A stretch of 41,500 bases of DNA from a virus (IMGVR_UViG_3300033067_000221:1-41500), one strand, 5' to 3'. Positions 29,404-37,868 are shown, counted from the first letter of the stretch. The notes: generated by a model not told the origin, from the letters alone. Translations and numbers: made by a program.

Positions 29404-29748
29404 TTAATCCTTTACAAGTTTACCTAGGCCGGACTTTTCAAGATATTGATCTGCGAGCCTTTGTGCATCTTCTTTGCCAAAGTATTCTCGATAGTAGCTG
29501 TATAAGATTTCATCAAGGCCAGGGTCTGGCGTTTCGCAATCGTCGAGGAACGGTCCTTGCTTTACAATGTTGTCATACATTTTGCGAGTGTTCCATGCTT
29601 TGATCGCACCATCTTCGCCAACGCCTGCTGGGCCATAAGCGAGGCATACGCGACATGAATAATAACGTTTATTCAAACCAACGTCATCAATGCGAAGTTT
29701 AGTTTCCTCTCCGCAGAAAGGGCATGGCTTTAGTTTTGTTTCTGTCAT
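29404..29748 (-). CDS. lar: Lar-family restriction alleviation protein
   Basis: LKPCPFCG...C..C.A.GP...AIKAWNTR signature. Confidence 0.8.
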   Translation of the reverse strand: MTETKLKPCPFCGEETKLRIDDVGLNKRYYSCRVCLAYGPAGVGEDGAIKAWNTRKMYDNIVKQGPFLDDCETPDPGLDEILYSYYREYFGKEDAQRLADQYLEKSGLGKLVKD

Positions 29749-29928
29749 TTTATCTCTCCGTTAATTAGGTTTTAACGATGGTGTAGTCTTTGCCTTGAAG
29801 TCTTAGCAACACAGCATGTGCTTGTTCCTCTGTTCCTTGGCAATCTGGATCGGAAGAACTTCTTTCTGGATTGAAGTAATTGGTATTTAAATTCATAAAC
29901 TTCTTGGAAGCTTTATATCAGCCATTTC

Positions 29929-30219
29929 TCATTTCCTCAATTTAAAAGATGACAGGGGTTTACTTGTATCTACATCGTCGAGTAGTTGATTTGCTTTCAT
30001 TGCGATAGCCATTCCTTCTTTGCCGTCAACGACACGGCCTAGATTTGTGATGAAAAATTCTTCGGTGGATACAAGTTCTTGGTCAAGTGGAAGAGTATTA
30101 ACAAATATATCATTCCAAACATCTGCCCAAAGTTTATCAATTGGCACAGGCACAACTAGAGGACCATCGAAACTGTCAACTTTAACTGCACCACAGATTA
30201 TTCGTTCAGCTTTTTGCAT
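29929..30219 (-). CDS. conserved phage hypothetical protein
   Basis: ERIICGAV...FITNLGRVVD.KE...IA..ANQL pattern. Confidence 0.7.
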   Translation of the reverse strand: MQKAERIICGAVKVDSFDGPLVVPVPIDKLWADVWNDIFVNTLPLDQELVSTEEFFITNLGRVVDGKEGMAIAMKANQLLDDVDTSKPLSSFKLRK

Positions 30220-31459
30220 AGATATTCACCAGTTTATTCATTGCGGAAGGGAGTGCCCCAGCGATATTGATTATTTCTAGATTAAACTTCGCTCGTGTCA
30301 CCGCGGTATAAACATTCTGTCTCGTTGCAGCACGAGAACGAGAAAGCATGAATAATACATTGTCGAATTGAGAACCTTGTGATTTATGCGTAGTGATTGC
30401 GTAGCCAAGTTCTAGATATTGACGTGGGTCATAGGTGTATTCAACACCAGTAGTAGAATTAAATGCTTTTAAAAGTGAAGGGACTTCAACGTCTCTGTCA
30501 TCAATGTTGAGAAATATTGATCCTGTTTCAGTGTTAAAGTCTAGCACACGACCAAGTGTTCCATTGATAAGGTTGATATTATAATCGTTTTTAATCCAGA
30601 TGATCTTGTCTCCACGCTTAAATGCGTAAGGGACAGGCTTGCCTTCTTCCTTCTTAAAGATCGTGATCTTGTCTTTTGTATCGTTGAACCTTTGTTGAAT
30701 TGCTCGATTGATTTCTCCGCTGCCATAAGTTGTATTGCGTGTAGGACAAATGATTTGATTACGTTCAGACGTAAAGTCAACATTCGCAGCAATCTGCATG
30801 AGCAAAGTCTTTGCAGTAATGCCAGCGATGTTATGAATTTTCACCTGTTCATTTTGTAAAGGCATACGGTTTTTAATCACTCGATCAGCGAGGGAAATAA
30901 TTCCATCGGTAGAACGAAAGTTCTTCGTGAGATAGACAGAGGGATATTTTTGAATGTCCATCGCAAATGGCGAAATAACTTCTTCTTCATCACGAACAAC
31001 TGGTGGAAGTTGGTTAATGTCTCCAAAGAAACGGACTACTGCATCACGTTTCATTGCGTCGATGATGTTACGTCGAAGATCAACTGATAACATAGACGCT
31101 TCGTCAACGAGGATAAATGACCAAGGCATAGGATTAAACTTAGTATAGGCGGGAAGCGTTGCTTCATCGTCATCGTCGGGAACAGAGAAGCGAAGGCTTC
31201 GGTGAATAGTCCGTGCAGAGATGCCAGTTGCTTCTTCAATACGCTTTGCAGCACGGCCAGTCGGTGCCATAAGTGTAACCTGTCCCTCTGCTTGGAAGCG
31301 TTCCTTGCCTTGATCCATTAGATCAGAGATGATTGCATCATAGACATATTGAAGGGTGGAAGTTTTACCAGTGCCTGCTTGGCCAGTGACACAAACAATC
31401 TTCTTTGTCTTGTCTCGACAGAGTGCGACTGCTTGTTCCTGTTCGTCCGTTAAATGCAT
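30206..31459 (-). CDS. RecD/Dda-like SF1B DNA helicase
   Basis: LTDEQ, TGQAGTGKT, APTGRAAKR, VDEASM, GDINQLPPV, YAITTHKSQGSQF and YTAVTRAK motifs; start placed at ATG 31459. Confidence 0.93.
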   Translation of the reverse strand: MHLTDEQEQAVALCRDKTKKIVCVTGQAGTGKTSTLQYVYDAIISDLMDQGKERFQAEGQVTLMAPTGRAAKRIEEATGISARTIHRSLRFSVPDDDDEATLPAYTKFNPMPWSFILVDEASMLSVDLRRNIIDAMKRDAVVRFFGDINQLPPVVRDEEEVISPFAMDIQKYPSVYLTKNFRSTDGIISLADRVIKNRMPLQNEQVKIHNIAGITAKTLLMQIAANVDFTSERNQIICPTRNTTYGSGEINRAIQQRFNDTKDKITIFKKEEGKPVPYAFKRGDKIIWIKNDYNINLINGTLGRVLDFNTETGSIFLNIDDRDVEVPSLLKAFNSTTGVEYTYDPRQYLELGYAITTHKSQGSQFDNVLFMLSRSRAATRQNVYTAVTRAKFNLEIINIAGALPSAMNKLVNIYAKS

Positions 31460-31460
31460 T

Positions 31461-31643
31461 TTATTCACACCATAGGCGGGCAAGAGTTTCGAGAGGAATA
31501 GTATCGTAGTCTTGTTGCGTGATTTCTTTGATCTTCACAACAGGTGCATGAAGTTCAGCATCACGCCGATCTTCTACGGGATGATCCCAAGACTTGCCAT
31601 AGTGGATTTTGCCAAGGCGTTTGTATGCGTATAGATACGGCAT
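31461..31643 (-). CDS. hypothetical protein
   Basis: 60 aa ORF with an AAGGA RBS. Confidence 0.6.
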   Translation of the reverse strand: MPYLYAYKRLGKIHYGKSWDHPVEDRRDAELHAPVVKIKEITQQDYDTIPLETLARLWCE

Positions 31644-31760
31644 GATGTTGTCCTTTAGTTAGAGTTTCTCTAGATGGTAAATGATTTCATCAATGCGGAG
31701 CGCCGTTGCGTGGAGTTGGTCGATTTGCTTTTGCAATCCTTCAATTTCTCCATTGTTAAG

Positions 31761-31790
31761 TCTTGGCGGGACGTGATTGCCCCGCCAAGA
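31761..31790. repeat. 10-bp perfect stem hairpin downstream of the SSB gene
   Basis: TCTTGGCGGG-N10-CCCGCCAAGA; no U-tract on the coding strand. Confidence 0.7.
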
Positions 31791-31804
31791 TTAAACTTGT
31801 TTAA

Positions 31805-32230
31805 TCACACGCGCGGAAGCGGAGCAATGCTTTCAACGTTGTTGACAAGGTTTCCTTGGAACGTGTTGACGGAGACAAAGACTTGAACTTCTTTGCCGAT
31901 CCAATCGGACGGATCGAAGGACGTGCCGGATGCGTCAACGCCAAGCGCCTTGAGCAGGTTCTTGAACGGCTTGACTTTACGGCGATCACCGTCGGGAAGT
32001 TTCACGTTCGCATAGGTAAGTGCAACGCCTTCGGGCGCGTTCTCCGGGTCATAGTCAACGGGAAAGTCGTTGGGATCGACACGGAGTTTGATCACAAAGA
32101 AACCGTTCGGAACACCTTCCGTGATTTTGGTCGTCACTTCACGGACTTCTGCACGGTATGGGCCAGCGGGAAGAGGCTGGAACTCTTCCATGTCCTCAAG
32201 GTTCATTGCAAGTTTGATAAGATCAGCCAT
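31805..32230 (-). CDS. DUF669-family single-stranded DNA-binding protein
   Basis: PLPAGPYRAEV...LLKALG...DWIGK...N.V pattern; next to Sak4; AGGAG RBS; strong codon bias. Confidence 0.8.
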   Translation of the reverse strand: MADLIKLAMNLEDMEEFQPLPAGPYRAEVREVTTKITEGVPNGFFVIKLRVDPNDFPVDYDPENAPEGVALTYANVKLPDGDRRKVKPFKNLLKALGVDASGTSFDPSDWIGKEVQVFVSVNTFQGNLVNNVESIAPLPRV

Positions 32231-32280
32231 GGTTTTCTCCTATGTTGGCTGGTTGCATTAAACTAGTTTTAAGGTCAGCG

Positions 32281-32475
32281 TTACAGAATATCTTCAAGAT
32301 AAGCTGCAACAGAATTGATAATGTCACTGTGCGTTGCCTCAGTTGCCATTACTGCCTTCATTCCATGACGATCTTCGTAATGGGCTTCAAAGGCAACACG
32401 AAGGCGTTGAATAGCTTCATCAAGAGTGCCAAGATTGAAGGCAGCTTGATCTTTGCTTTGTTCTTCCTTAGTCAT
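32281..32475 (-). CDS. hypothetical protein
   Basis: 64 aa ORF with a GGAG RBS. Confidence 0.65.
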   Translation of the reverse strand: MTKEEQSKDQAAFNLGTLDEAIQRLRVAFEAHYEDRHGMKAVMATEATHSDIINSVAAYLEDIL

Positions 32476-32489
32476 AGTTGTTCACTCCA

Positions 32490-32762
32490 TTAGAATTGAA
32501 CTTCAGATTGTTGTGGCTGTTGTTCTGCTTGCTCTACTTCATTAGGGATACTCCTATCGTCTCTAAGTTGAATTGACCAGTAGGGATGGAATAAGCGAAG
32601 GGCGCTTATAAATCCCTCAGCATATGCGTCTGTTGTATGCTTATCAACAAAGCTCATATGCTCTTTAAAGTCGCCGTCAATAAATACACTCATGTTGATA
32701 AGTGAGGTGTATTCCTTGTATTTTGTGATGTGGATTACCACATTATGTTCGTCGTCAAGCAT
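32490..32762 (-). CDS. hypothetical protein
   Basis: 90 aa ORF packed in the operon. Confidence 0.6.
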   Translation of the reverse strand: MLDDEHNVVIHITKYKEYTSLINMSVFIDGDFKEHMSFVDKHTTDAYAEGFISALRLFHPYWSIQLRDDRSIPNEVEQAEQQPQQSEVQF

Positions 32763-32763
32763 G

Positions 32764-33570
32764 TCAAGGTTCCTTTGTTAGCTTCTTAAATTCACCATCT
32801 TCAAAGGATTTAATTATCCTTGAAAGACTATGTATTTGTTCGTCATCTGGTTTAGTTGGATCGTAGTTTAAATTGAATTTAGGAACCTTTGCAGTATCAA
32901 AAATACGACTACCCATAGGAGTAAGATGGCCATAGGGTGCGAGATAAACAGTTCTACGATTGCCACTGGAAAGATGGAGATAATATATTTCGCTAACTCG
33001 CAATGCTGCATTGTTCCTTACCTTTGCAGATAACATAATGGTTTGTTGAACAATATTCTTTCCGTCCTCGTCAAACTCGGGATCATCTTTATGTGCAATA
33101 AAGAAACAATGTAAATTCTTTTGCCCACTGGCCCGCATGATGCGTTCAAGAACATTCTGCACATTCATGTTCCTTGCACCATATGCATTAAGACCGGGTG
33201 TTTCCAGTGTCGGTGTAAATTTTATAGACTTACCAATGCCTCGCGAGACTGCATCTTCTAGTGCGAGAGATGTTAGTGTCGTAAGACTGTCAACAATAAC
33301 GCTGCCGTATTTGTCGGCGTTGTCGAGAATATATGTTCCGATCTTCTTCGTTGTTTCAATTGCCTCACTGGCAGGGAGAGTTGACAAGTCGAATACATCG
33401 AAGTCTTGTCTATGTGCAATGGAAAGAAACCCATCGGGATCGAAGTTGATTAGAAGCTTGCGACCGGGGAGTGACATTGCCCATGTCGTCTTGCCAGTCT
33501 TTGCGTCTCCCCAGATGATACCGGATAGTCGGGTTCGGAGTTGTTCACTTGAAACTGGATTTAATGTCAT
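32764..33570 (-). CDS. Sak4-like (AAA_24) ATPase / ssDNA-annealing recombinase
   Basis: Walker A GDAKTGKTT, Walker B VIVDSLT, FIAH motif; lies between the exonuclease and SSB genes. Confidence 0.85.
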   Translation of the reverse strand: MTLNPVSSEQLRTRLSGIIWGDAKTGKTTWAMSLPGRKLLINFDPDGFLSIAHRQDFDVFDLSTLPASEAIETTKKIGTYILDNADKYGSVIVDSLTTLTSLALEDAVSRGIGKSIKFTPTLETPGLNAYGARNMNVQNVLERIMRASGQKNLHCFFIAHKDDPEFDEDGKNIVQQTIMLSAKVRNNAALRVSEIYYLHLSSGNRRTVYLAPYGHLTPMGSRIFDTAKVPKFNLNYDPTKPDDEQIHSLSRIIKSFEDGEFKKLTKEP

Positions 33571-33576
33571 GGCAGA

Positions 33577-33753
33577 TTACTCATTTTCCAGTTTGATGAT
33601 GTAGTGTTCAAGAGCAAATTTAGCTTTATAGAAAGCGCCAACGACTTGTGCTTTATGTTGTTCGTTTTCTATTGCACCTTTAAAAGCATATTTATGTGTG
33701 TGAGTTATTAGATTATCGACAAACCTCTTCCCTTCTGGGCTTATATCTGTCAT
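33577..33753 (-). CDS. hypothetical protein (58 aa)
   Basis: Not in the track. MTDISPEGKRFVDNL...HYIIKLENE fills the gap between neighbours. Confidence 0.6.
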   Translation of the reverse strand: MTDISPEGKRFVDNLITHTHKYAFKGAIENEQHKAQVVGAFYKAKFALEHYIIKLENE

Positions 33754-33757
33754 AGCT

Positions 33758-34840
33758 TTACCTATTTCTCATGAGTGCTTTGGTTTCACTCGGTGACATT
33801 TCATCAGAGGTCTGCATGTTCTCTAGCATGAAGGATTGATCAGTTTTATCCGCAGTGCAAAGGTCCATGAGGGAACAAGTGTTAAAGTAACGATTGCAAG
33901 AATGCGTAAACATTGGGGCATCTTCTGGTTTGTCGTCATGTTTAGCGATCAAGTCTACAGCGAACAATGCCGTTTGCAAAAACTCGACAACGTGTTGATC
34001 TGTTCTTTCTATAACAAAGTGTTGAACGGAGACGGTCGTTTTTCGCACTGGAATAGTTGATCCGGTAAGGATTAAATCAGGTTTAACGTTGTCGAAGTAT
34101 GCATATAATGCGCCAGTGTATGCGCTCTGTTGGGCACGAAGATTGAATTGATTTCTCCATGAGTCTGTCATATTGGATGTAGTTTTATATTCACCAAGGG
34201 TGACGGAAAGATCAGAGCCTTGGTAGAGAACATCAATTAATCCGATCACGCGAAGTTGTCGAGTTGTATCGTCGTTGAGAGTTATATTAAACACAACGTC
34301 AACGGATTTTTCAATGCCGATTTCCTTAGTCGGATCATTAACATCCTCAATGTAAATTGGATATGCAAAATGGTTCATTAGAAAATATTCCGCAAGAACA
34401 ATTGCACAGTGTTCAAGGTTTGCGAGTGTGCGAATTTTATCATTTGGATCGTCGTAGTAATCTGATGTAGAAATAACTGCGTATGCAAGTTTCTCCATCT
34501 TGCGAAGATCAGTTAAATCACTTTTAACGATAGACGCAAAGTCAATAGCGTTCCATCGCGGATGCGTAAACAGGTTCGCTCCATGAAACATTGCGTGGTC
34601 GAACAGTTGCTGATTAACTGCGACTTGATATAAGTTAAAGATGGAAAAGATTTCATGCATAAGGCTGCCAGCGTCAAGGGCCATCTGTCGATAACCTGTG
34701 ACAAAACGCTTGCGTTGCACTGAATGAATGATCCCGTATTTAGGACAGGTCACAATGGCCTCGACCATAGATGACGTGACGTAAGGAAGCGTGCTTACTT
34801 CAACTTGGGTTGTCGGGCGCACGGAGAAATGTTTAATCAT
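33758..34840 (-). CDS. PD-(D/E)XK Cas4-like exonuclease
   Basis: TCPK, GSLMHE, GLIDVL...EYKTT, Q..AY and C-terminal CNRYFNTCSLMDLC (four-Cys set). Confidence 0.85.
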   Translation of the reverse strand: MIKHFSVRPTTQVEVSTLPYVTSSMVEAIVTCPKYGIIHSVQRKRFVTGYRQMALDAGSLMHEIFSIFNLYQVAVNQQLFDHAMFHGANLFTHPRWNAIDFASIVKSDLTDLRKMEKLAYAVISTSDYYDDPNDKIRTLANLEHCAIVLAEYFLMNHFAYPIYIEDVNDPTKEIGIEKSVDVVFNITLNDDTTRQLRVIGLIDVLYQGSDLSVTLGEYKTTSNMTDSWRNQFNLRAQQSAYTGALYAYFDNVKPDLILTGSTIPVRKTTVSVQHFVIERTDQHVVEFLQTALFAVDLIAKHDDKPEDAPMFTHSCNRYFNTCSLMDLCTADKTDQSFMLENMQTSDEMSPSETKALMRNR

Positions 34841-35151
34841 TGCTTTACTTCCTTCTCTTTCATTACATCATAGGCAGCTAAAACACTTTCAGTTAGGCGT
34901 TCCATTTCATTAATGACACCTTCACGGGGCCGACCTTTTACAAGGTTATACATGAGTGTAGCGACAAGGGTGCGTGCGAAACAGGCAGGACAACATTGCG
35001 TATCAGTTACAACGTGTCCACATAGATCGTAGATTTGAAGTGCATTTTGTGTAGCAACAACATGGGCGTTTTCATCGTCGCCATCGCCACGATCATCTTC
35101 GTTTCCAATATCAAGCATCGCCTTATTCCTCTGGATTGATGTTTTCGCCAC
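34837..35151 (-). CDS. hypothetical protein
   Basis: Contains CCPAC; ATGA-coupled to the exonuclease gene. Confidence 0.6.
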   Translation of the reverse strand: MAKTSIQRNKAMLDIGNEDDRGDGDDENAHVVATQNALQIYDLCGHVVTDTQCCPACFARTLVATLMYNLVKGRPREGVINEMERLTESVLAAYDVMKEKEVKQ

Positions 35152-35422
35152 CGATGCGCGCGTTAATATCGTTTAACATATCCATCATCTTTAACGAACC
35201 CATTGCACTAAGATCAATCACTTGTGCAAGCTGCATCATGTTCTTTCGCAATGCGTTAATTTCTTCATTCATTGCATGTTGTTGATGGTGCATAGTCATA
35301 ATGACCATTGCAAGAGCGGGATGGATTTCCGCAATCTGCACAGCTTTAGCAACATCGTTATCAACCTGCATCATTAGGGATGCTCGATTGATTGCGGTTT
35401 GAAGATCGTCAGCTTTGCTCAT
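35123..35422 (-). CDS. hypothetical coiled-coil protein
   Basis: 99 aa helical ORF with an AAGGA RBS. Confidence 0.65.
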   Translation of the reverse strand: MSKADDLQTAINRASLMMQVDNDVAKAVQIAEIHPALAMVIMTMHHQQHAMNEEINALRKNMMQLAQVIDLSAMGSLKMMDMLNDINARIGGENINPEE

Positions 35423-35425
35423 GTT

Positions 35426-35608
35426 CTATTCCTTGGGTAGATTGTTAAATTGACCGACAGTGATTGCCTCTTTAAGTGCTTTTAAAGTCTTGACTGCAAC
35501 ACTCTGGCGTTTAGCAAGATGACCGTCTAGAGGTTCTGCATCACGCCATGCGATCATAGTATAAATCAAGTTTCGCAGATGCATTTGCGTTGGTGGCGCG
35601 AAGATCAT
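35426..35608 (-). CDS. hypothetical protein
   Basis: 60 aa, ATGA-coupled. Confidence 0.55.
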   Translation of the reverse strand: MIFAPPTQMHLRNLIYTMIAWRDAEPLDGHLAKRQSVAVKTLKALKEAITVGQFNNLPKE

Positions 35609-35907
35609 AGTTGTGCTTCCTCATGCTCAATGTTGGCAAGGCCATTGTGAATTTTAGATAACGTGATAATGCCAGTATCAAGTTTTTGCAAGTCGGCAAC
35701 AATGCGTTCCATAATCTTATCAATCCGTGCAGCTTGGCGATTAAAGCGAGTTAGTTCCTCACCTTTAATCTTGTTTAATTTCTCTGCGCGTTTCTCTTTA
35801 TACGTCATAAGGACCACCATGCGCCTTGCGCGCTTCGCAGATAGAAACGCTTCTGCATCTGTGATCTTTTGCTGGCGAATGTCTGGTGGAACATATAGAG
35901 CCATCAC
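35605..35907 (-). CDS. hypothetical basic coiled-coil protein
   Basis: 100 aa with a GAAGGA RBS. Confidence 0.65.
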   Translation of the reverse strand: MMALYVPPDIRQQKITDAEAFLSAKRARRMVVLMTYKEKRAEKLNKIKGEELTRFNRQAARIDKIMERIVADLQKLDTGIITLSKIHNGLANIEHEEAQL

Positions 35908-36110
35908 GTAATTCCTTCTTTCATAGTGCCATCGGGGAGAATTGTTCTGCGTGTAATCGTGCCATTGTCATTGAGAATCAGAAACGTTCCTTCGGTCAGC
36001 GTAGGATTATACGCAAGCCACAAACGCCATTGGCCGCCAATCCATTGAAGGAAGGGCGGCTTAGATTTGGAGATAGGATCGACTATCCCAAAACGAATTT
36101 CTTTGAGCAA
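35904..36110 (-). CDS. hypothetical protein (start uncertain)
   Basis: TTG start; stop overlaps the next start. Confidence 0.4.
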   Translation of the reverse strand: MLKEIRFGIVDPISKSKPPFLQWIGGQWRLWLAYNPTLTEGTFLILNDNGTITRRTILPDGTMKEGIT

Positions 36111-36163
36111 GGCTTTGTCTCTGTCAAGACGGATGGTGGCTCTTAGGCTCTACCGATTTCGTG

Positions 36164-36196
36164 GGTATAGGCGGGTGGACTAATCCCGCCTATACC
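36164..36196. repeat. 12-bp perfect stem hairpin downstream of the 36250-37140 gene
   Basis: GGTATAGGCGGG-N9-CCCGCCTATACC. Confidence 0.7.
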
Positions 36197-36249
36197 ATTT
36201 GCTAGAAAGGAATTGAAAGCCCTATCAGTCTTGTTTAAACTTCCAATCT

Positions 36250-37140
36250 TCAGACATTAGCATATTGCGAAACTTCTGTCAAGACATTTTTCATGCTCGC
36301 AATTTCGGTTTCGCTGAATTGCCCTTCACGCCCGCGCACCGCCATAAGGAACGCATTGGCAAGGGCGAGGAAGTCTTGTTCACTGGTGCCACCTTCGCCA
36401 GCTTTGCGCGTCTGCGCTTCGATGTTACCGGCGGAACCGGCATCTTCCTTAGCAGGCTTTTCCTTGTGCTTGTCGTCGGAGAACTTCGCGAGACTGCCAA
36501 GGGTAGGACGAACGGTCGCACCTTCGACAAGGGCGGTGTTCTTGGAATGGATGACGACTTCCTTTTGGTTCCCCATGACTTCGACAGGGCCTTTAGTGAT
36601 CACGGGCGACCGAGTGCCATCTTCGTTATCCTTATACTGCACGTCTGCCATAGTCGCACCAGCTTCAAAGAGTGCGAGAGCGGCTTTGCAGCAACGTGCA
36701 AGGCGAACGTTGAGAGCAACGCGGCGCGAATGACGGCGCTTGTATTCCGTTTCGTCGGATTTCTTAAGGTCGTCGTCGTATTCGTAGGCTTCGGCAAGGC
36801 TGTCGTCGGTAAAGACAAAGTGTTGCTTGTGCAGTTTGTCAGTCTCGACTCGGTAAACGCCGATTTCGACAAGTAGAGCCTTATACAGTGCCGCGGAGTA
36901 GTCTTTGCCACCGTAGATTTGGAAAAGATCAATCTTATCCGCTTCTTGAAGCGCGAGCGCAGCTTTGGTCAGTTCAATGTCGATAAAATCTTCGCGTTTC
37001 TCTGCATCAGCAATTGCCTTTTCTGCATCTTCACGCGCGATTTCGTGGGCGAGAATGAGGCCAAGAAAGCGATTGCCGAAGGTGGCGACTTCCGTAGGAT
37101 TGAACGTGACAAGTTCGGTGCCTTGTGTCAGTTGAGTCAT
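36250..37140 (-). CDS. hypothetical protein, probably highly expressed early product
   Basis: 296 aa, GAAAGGA RBS, GC3-rich codon usage; no family recognised. Confidence 0.85.
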   Translation of the reverse strand: MTQLTQGTELVTFNPTEVATFGNRFLGLILAHEIAREDAEKAIADAEKREDFIDIELTKAALALQEADKIDLFQIYGGKDYSAALYKALLVEIGVYRVETDKLHKQHFVFTDDSLAEAYEYDDDLKKSDETEYKRRHSRRVALNVRLARCCKAALALFEAGATMADVQYKDNEDGTRSPVITKGPVEVMGNQKEVVIHSKNTALVEGATVRPTLGSLAKFSDDKHKEKPAKEDAGSAGNIEAQTRKAGEGGTSEQDFLALANAFLMAVRGREGQFSETEIASMKNVLTEVSQYANV

Positions 37141-37371
37141 TTTATTTTCCTTTCAGGTTTGATGAATAGATGGGCGATAGTTTCGTCTGCGGCGCGGTTT
37201 ATACTAGTTTTAAAGGAAGTTGCTTTGTCCTTGTCGGAAAAGCCATAAATACCGCGTCTTGTATATCCTGCCACAGTTTCGGCGTTGTTGTCAAGAAATT
37301 TCGTCTCTGTTACGATCACAAAATATTTCAGTTTCGACAGGTTTGGAGAGAAAAAGTCTGGTAGTTCCATG
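37137..37371 (-). CDS. hypothetical protein
   Basis: MELPDFFSPN... start (about 37370) behind an AGGT RBS; ATGA-coupled to the next gene; the track gives 37406. Confidence 0.55.
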
Positions 37372-37556
37372 ATTGCACCTATAGCGTTTTCGCAATGGCG
37401 CGTCACATTTGTTACACGTCAAACGTTCGTCTTTAACCGAGCAAAGACCATTACGCAAACATCGTTGCGGCATGAGTGCCGCGAATTAGGATGGCGGAAG
37501 CATTTTCGCGTTATTTGCTTCACTTTAATCCTAGTTATCGCTGGAACCATAGAGTA

Positions 37557-37633
37557 TGGTGCGTCTGGTCGGACTCGAACCGACAAGGGAAGTGATTTTA
37601 AGTCACTTGTGTTTACCATTTCACCACAGACGC
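37557..37633 (-). tRNA. trnL: tRNA-Leu(TAA), short variable loop, CCA encoded
   Basis: Reverse complement folds as a cloverleaf: acceptor GCGTCTG/CAGACGC, anticodon arm AGTGA-CTTAAAA-TCACT, T arm GTCGG-TTCGAGT-CCGAC, 3' ACCA. Confidence 0.92.
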
Positions 37634-37643
37634 AATTGTATTA

Positions 37644-37795
37644 ACTGTTTCGTTAAAACTGACTTAACAGGGCGGGTTGAGTATATGCAATCCCGCTTTT
37701 CCTTGGCATAGGACGGATGATTTGTCGCAACAGACATGCCATTCCGTTGTTTTTGTCATCCCATTAACCTGTTAAGTCAGTTTTAACGAAACAGT
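37644..37795 (-). ncRNA. candidate structured ncRNA closed by a perfect 28-bp inverted repeat
   Basis: ACTGTTTCGTTAAAACTGACTTAACAGG (37644-37671) and its exact reverse complement (37768-37795) enclose 96 nt with further pairings. The repeat is certain; the RNA interpretation is inference. Confidence 0.55.
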
Positions 37796-37839
37796 AAGAT
37801 TTGTTTTCTCTGTTTATTTTCTTATTCTTATTTAAATAA

Positions 37840-37868
37840 AGGATAGGAAGGAAATAGGCCAAAGTCAA
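37840..37868 (-). promoter_or_regulatory. sigma70-type promoter for the ncRNA/tRNA unit
   Basis: TTGACT-N17-TATCCT on the - strand. Confidence 0.6.

Noticed and set aside
29765-29925. Possible small or frameshifted ORF between lar and the 29929 gene
   Set aside because: Only a 10-codon frame and a 43-codon frame without a clear RBS; cannot be supported.
36265-36932. Antisense and alternative-frame ORFs over the 296-aa gene
   Set aside because: By-products of strong codon bias; no RBS and mostly against the operon direction.
37672-37767. HDV-like (theta) ribozyme next to the tRNA
   Set aside because: The helix order is similar, but the conserved L3/P1.1 and catalytic J4/2 sequences are absent, and the element lies 5' of the tRNA rather than 3'.
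37644-37795. Functional retron, MITE or invertible switch
   Set aside because: No reverse transcriptase, transposase or recombinase is encoded in the window and no clear target-site duplication is seen; kept only as a decoy/ncRNA hypothesis.
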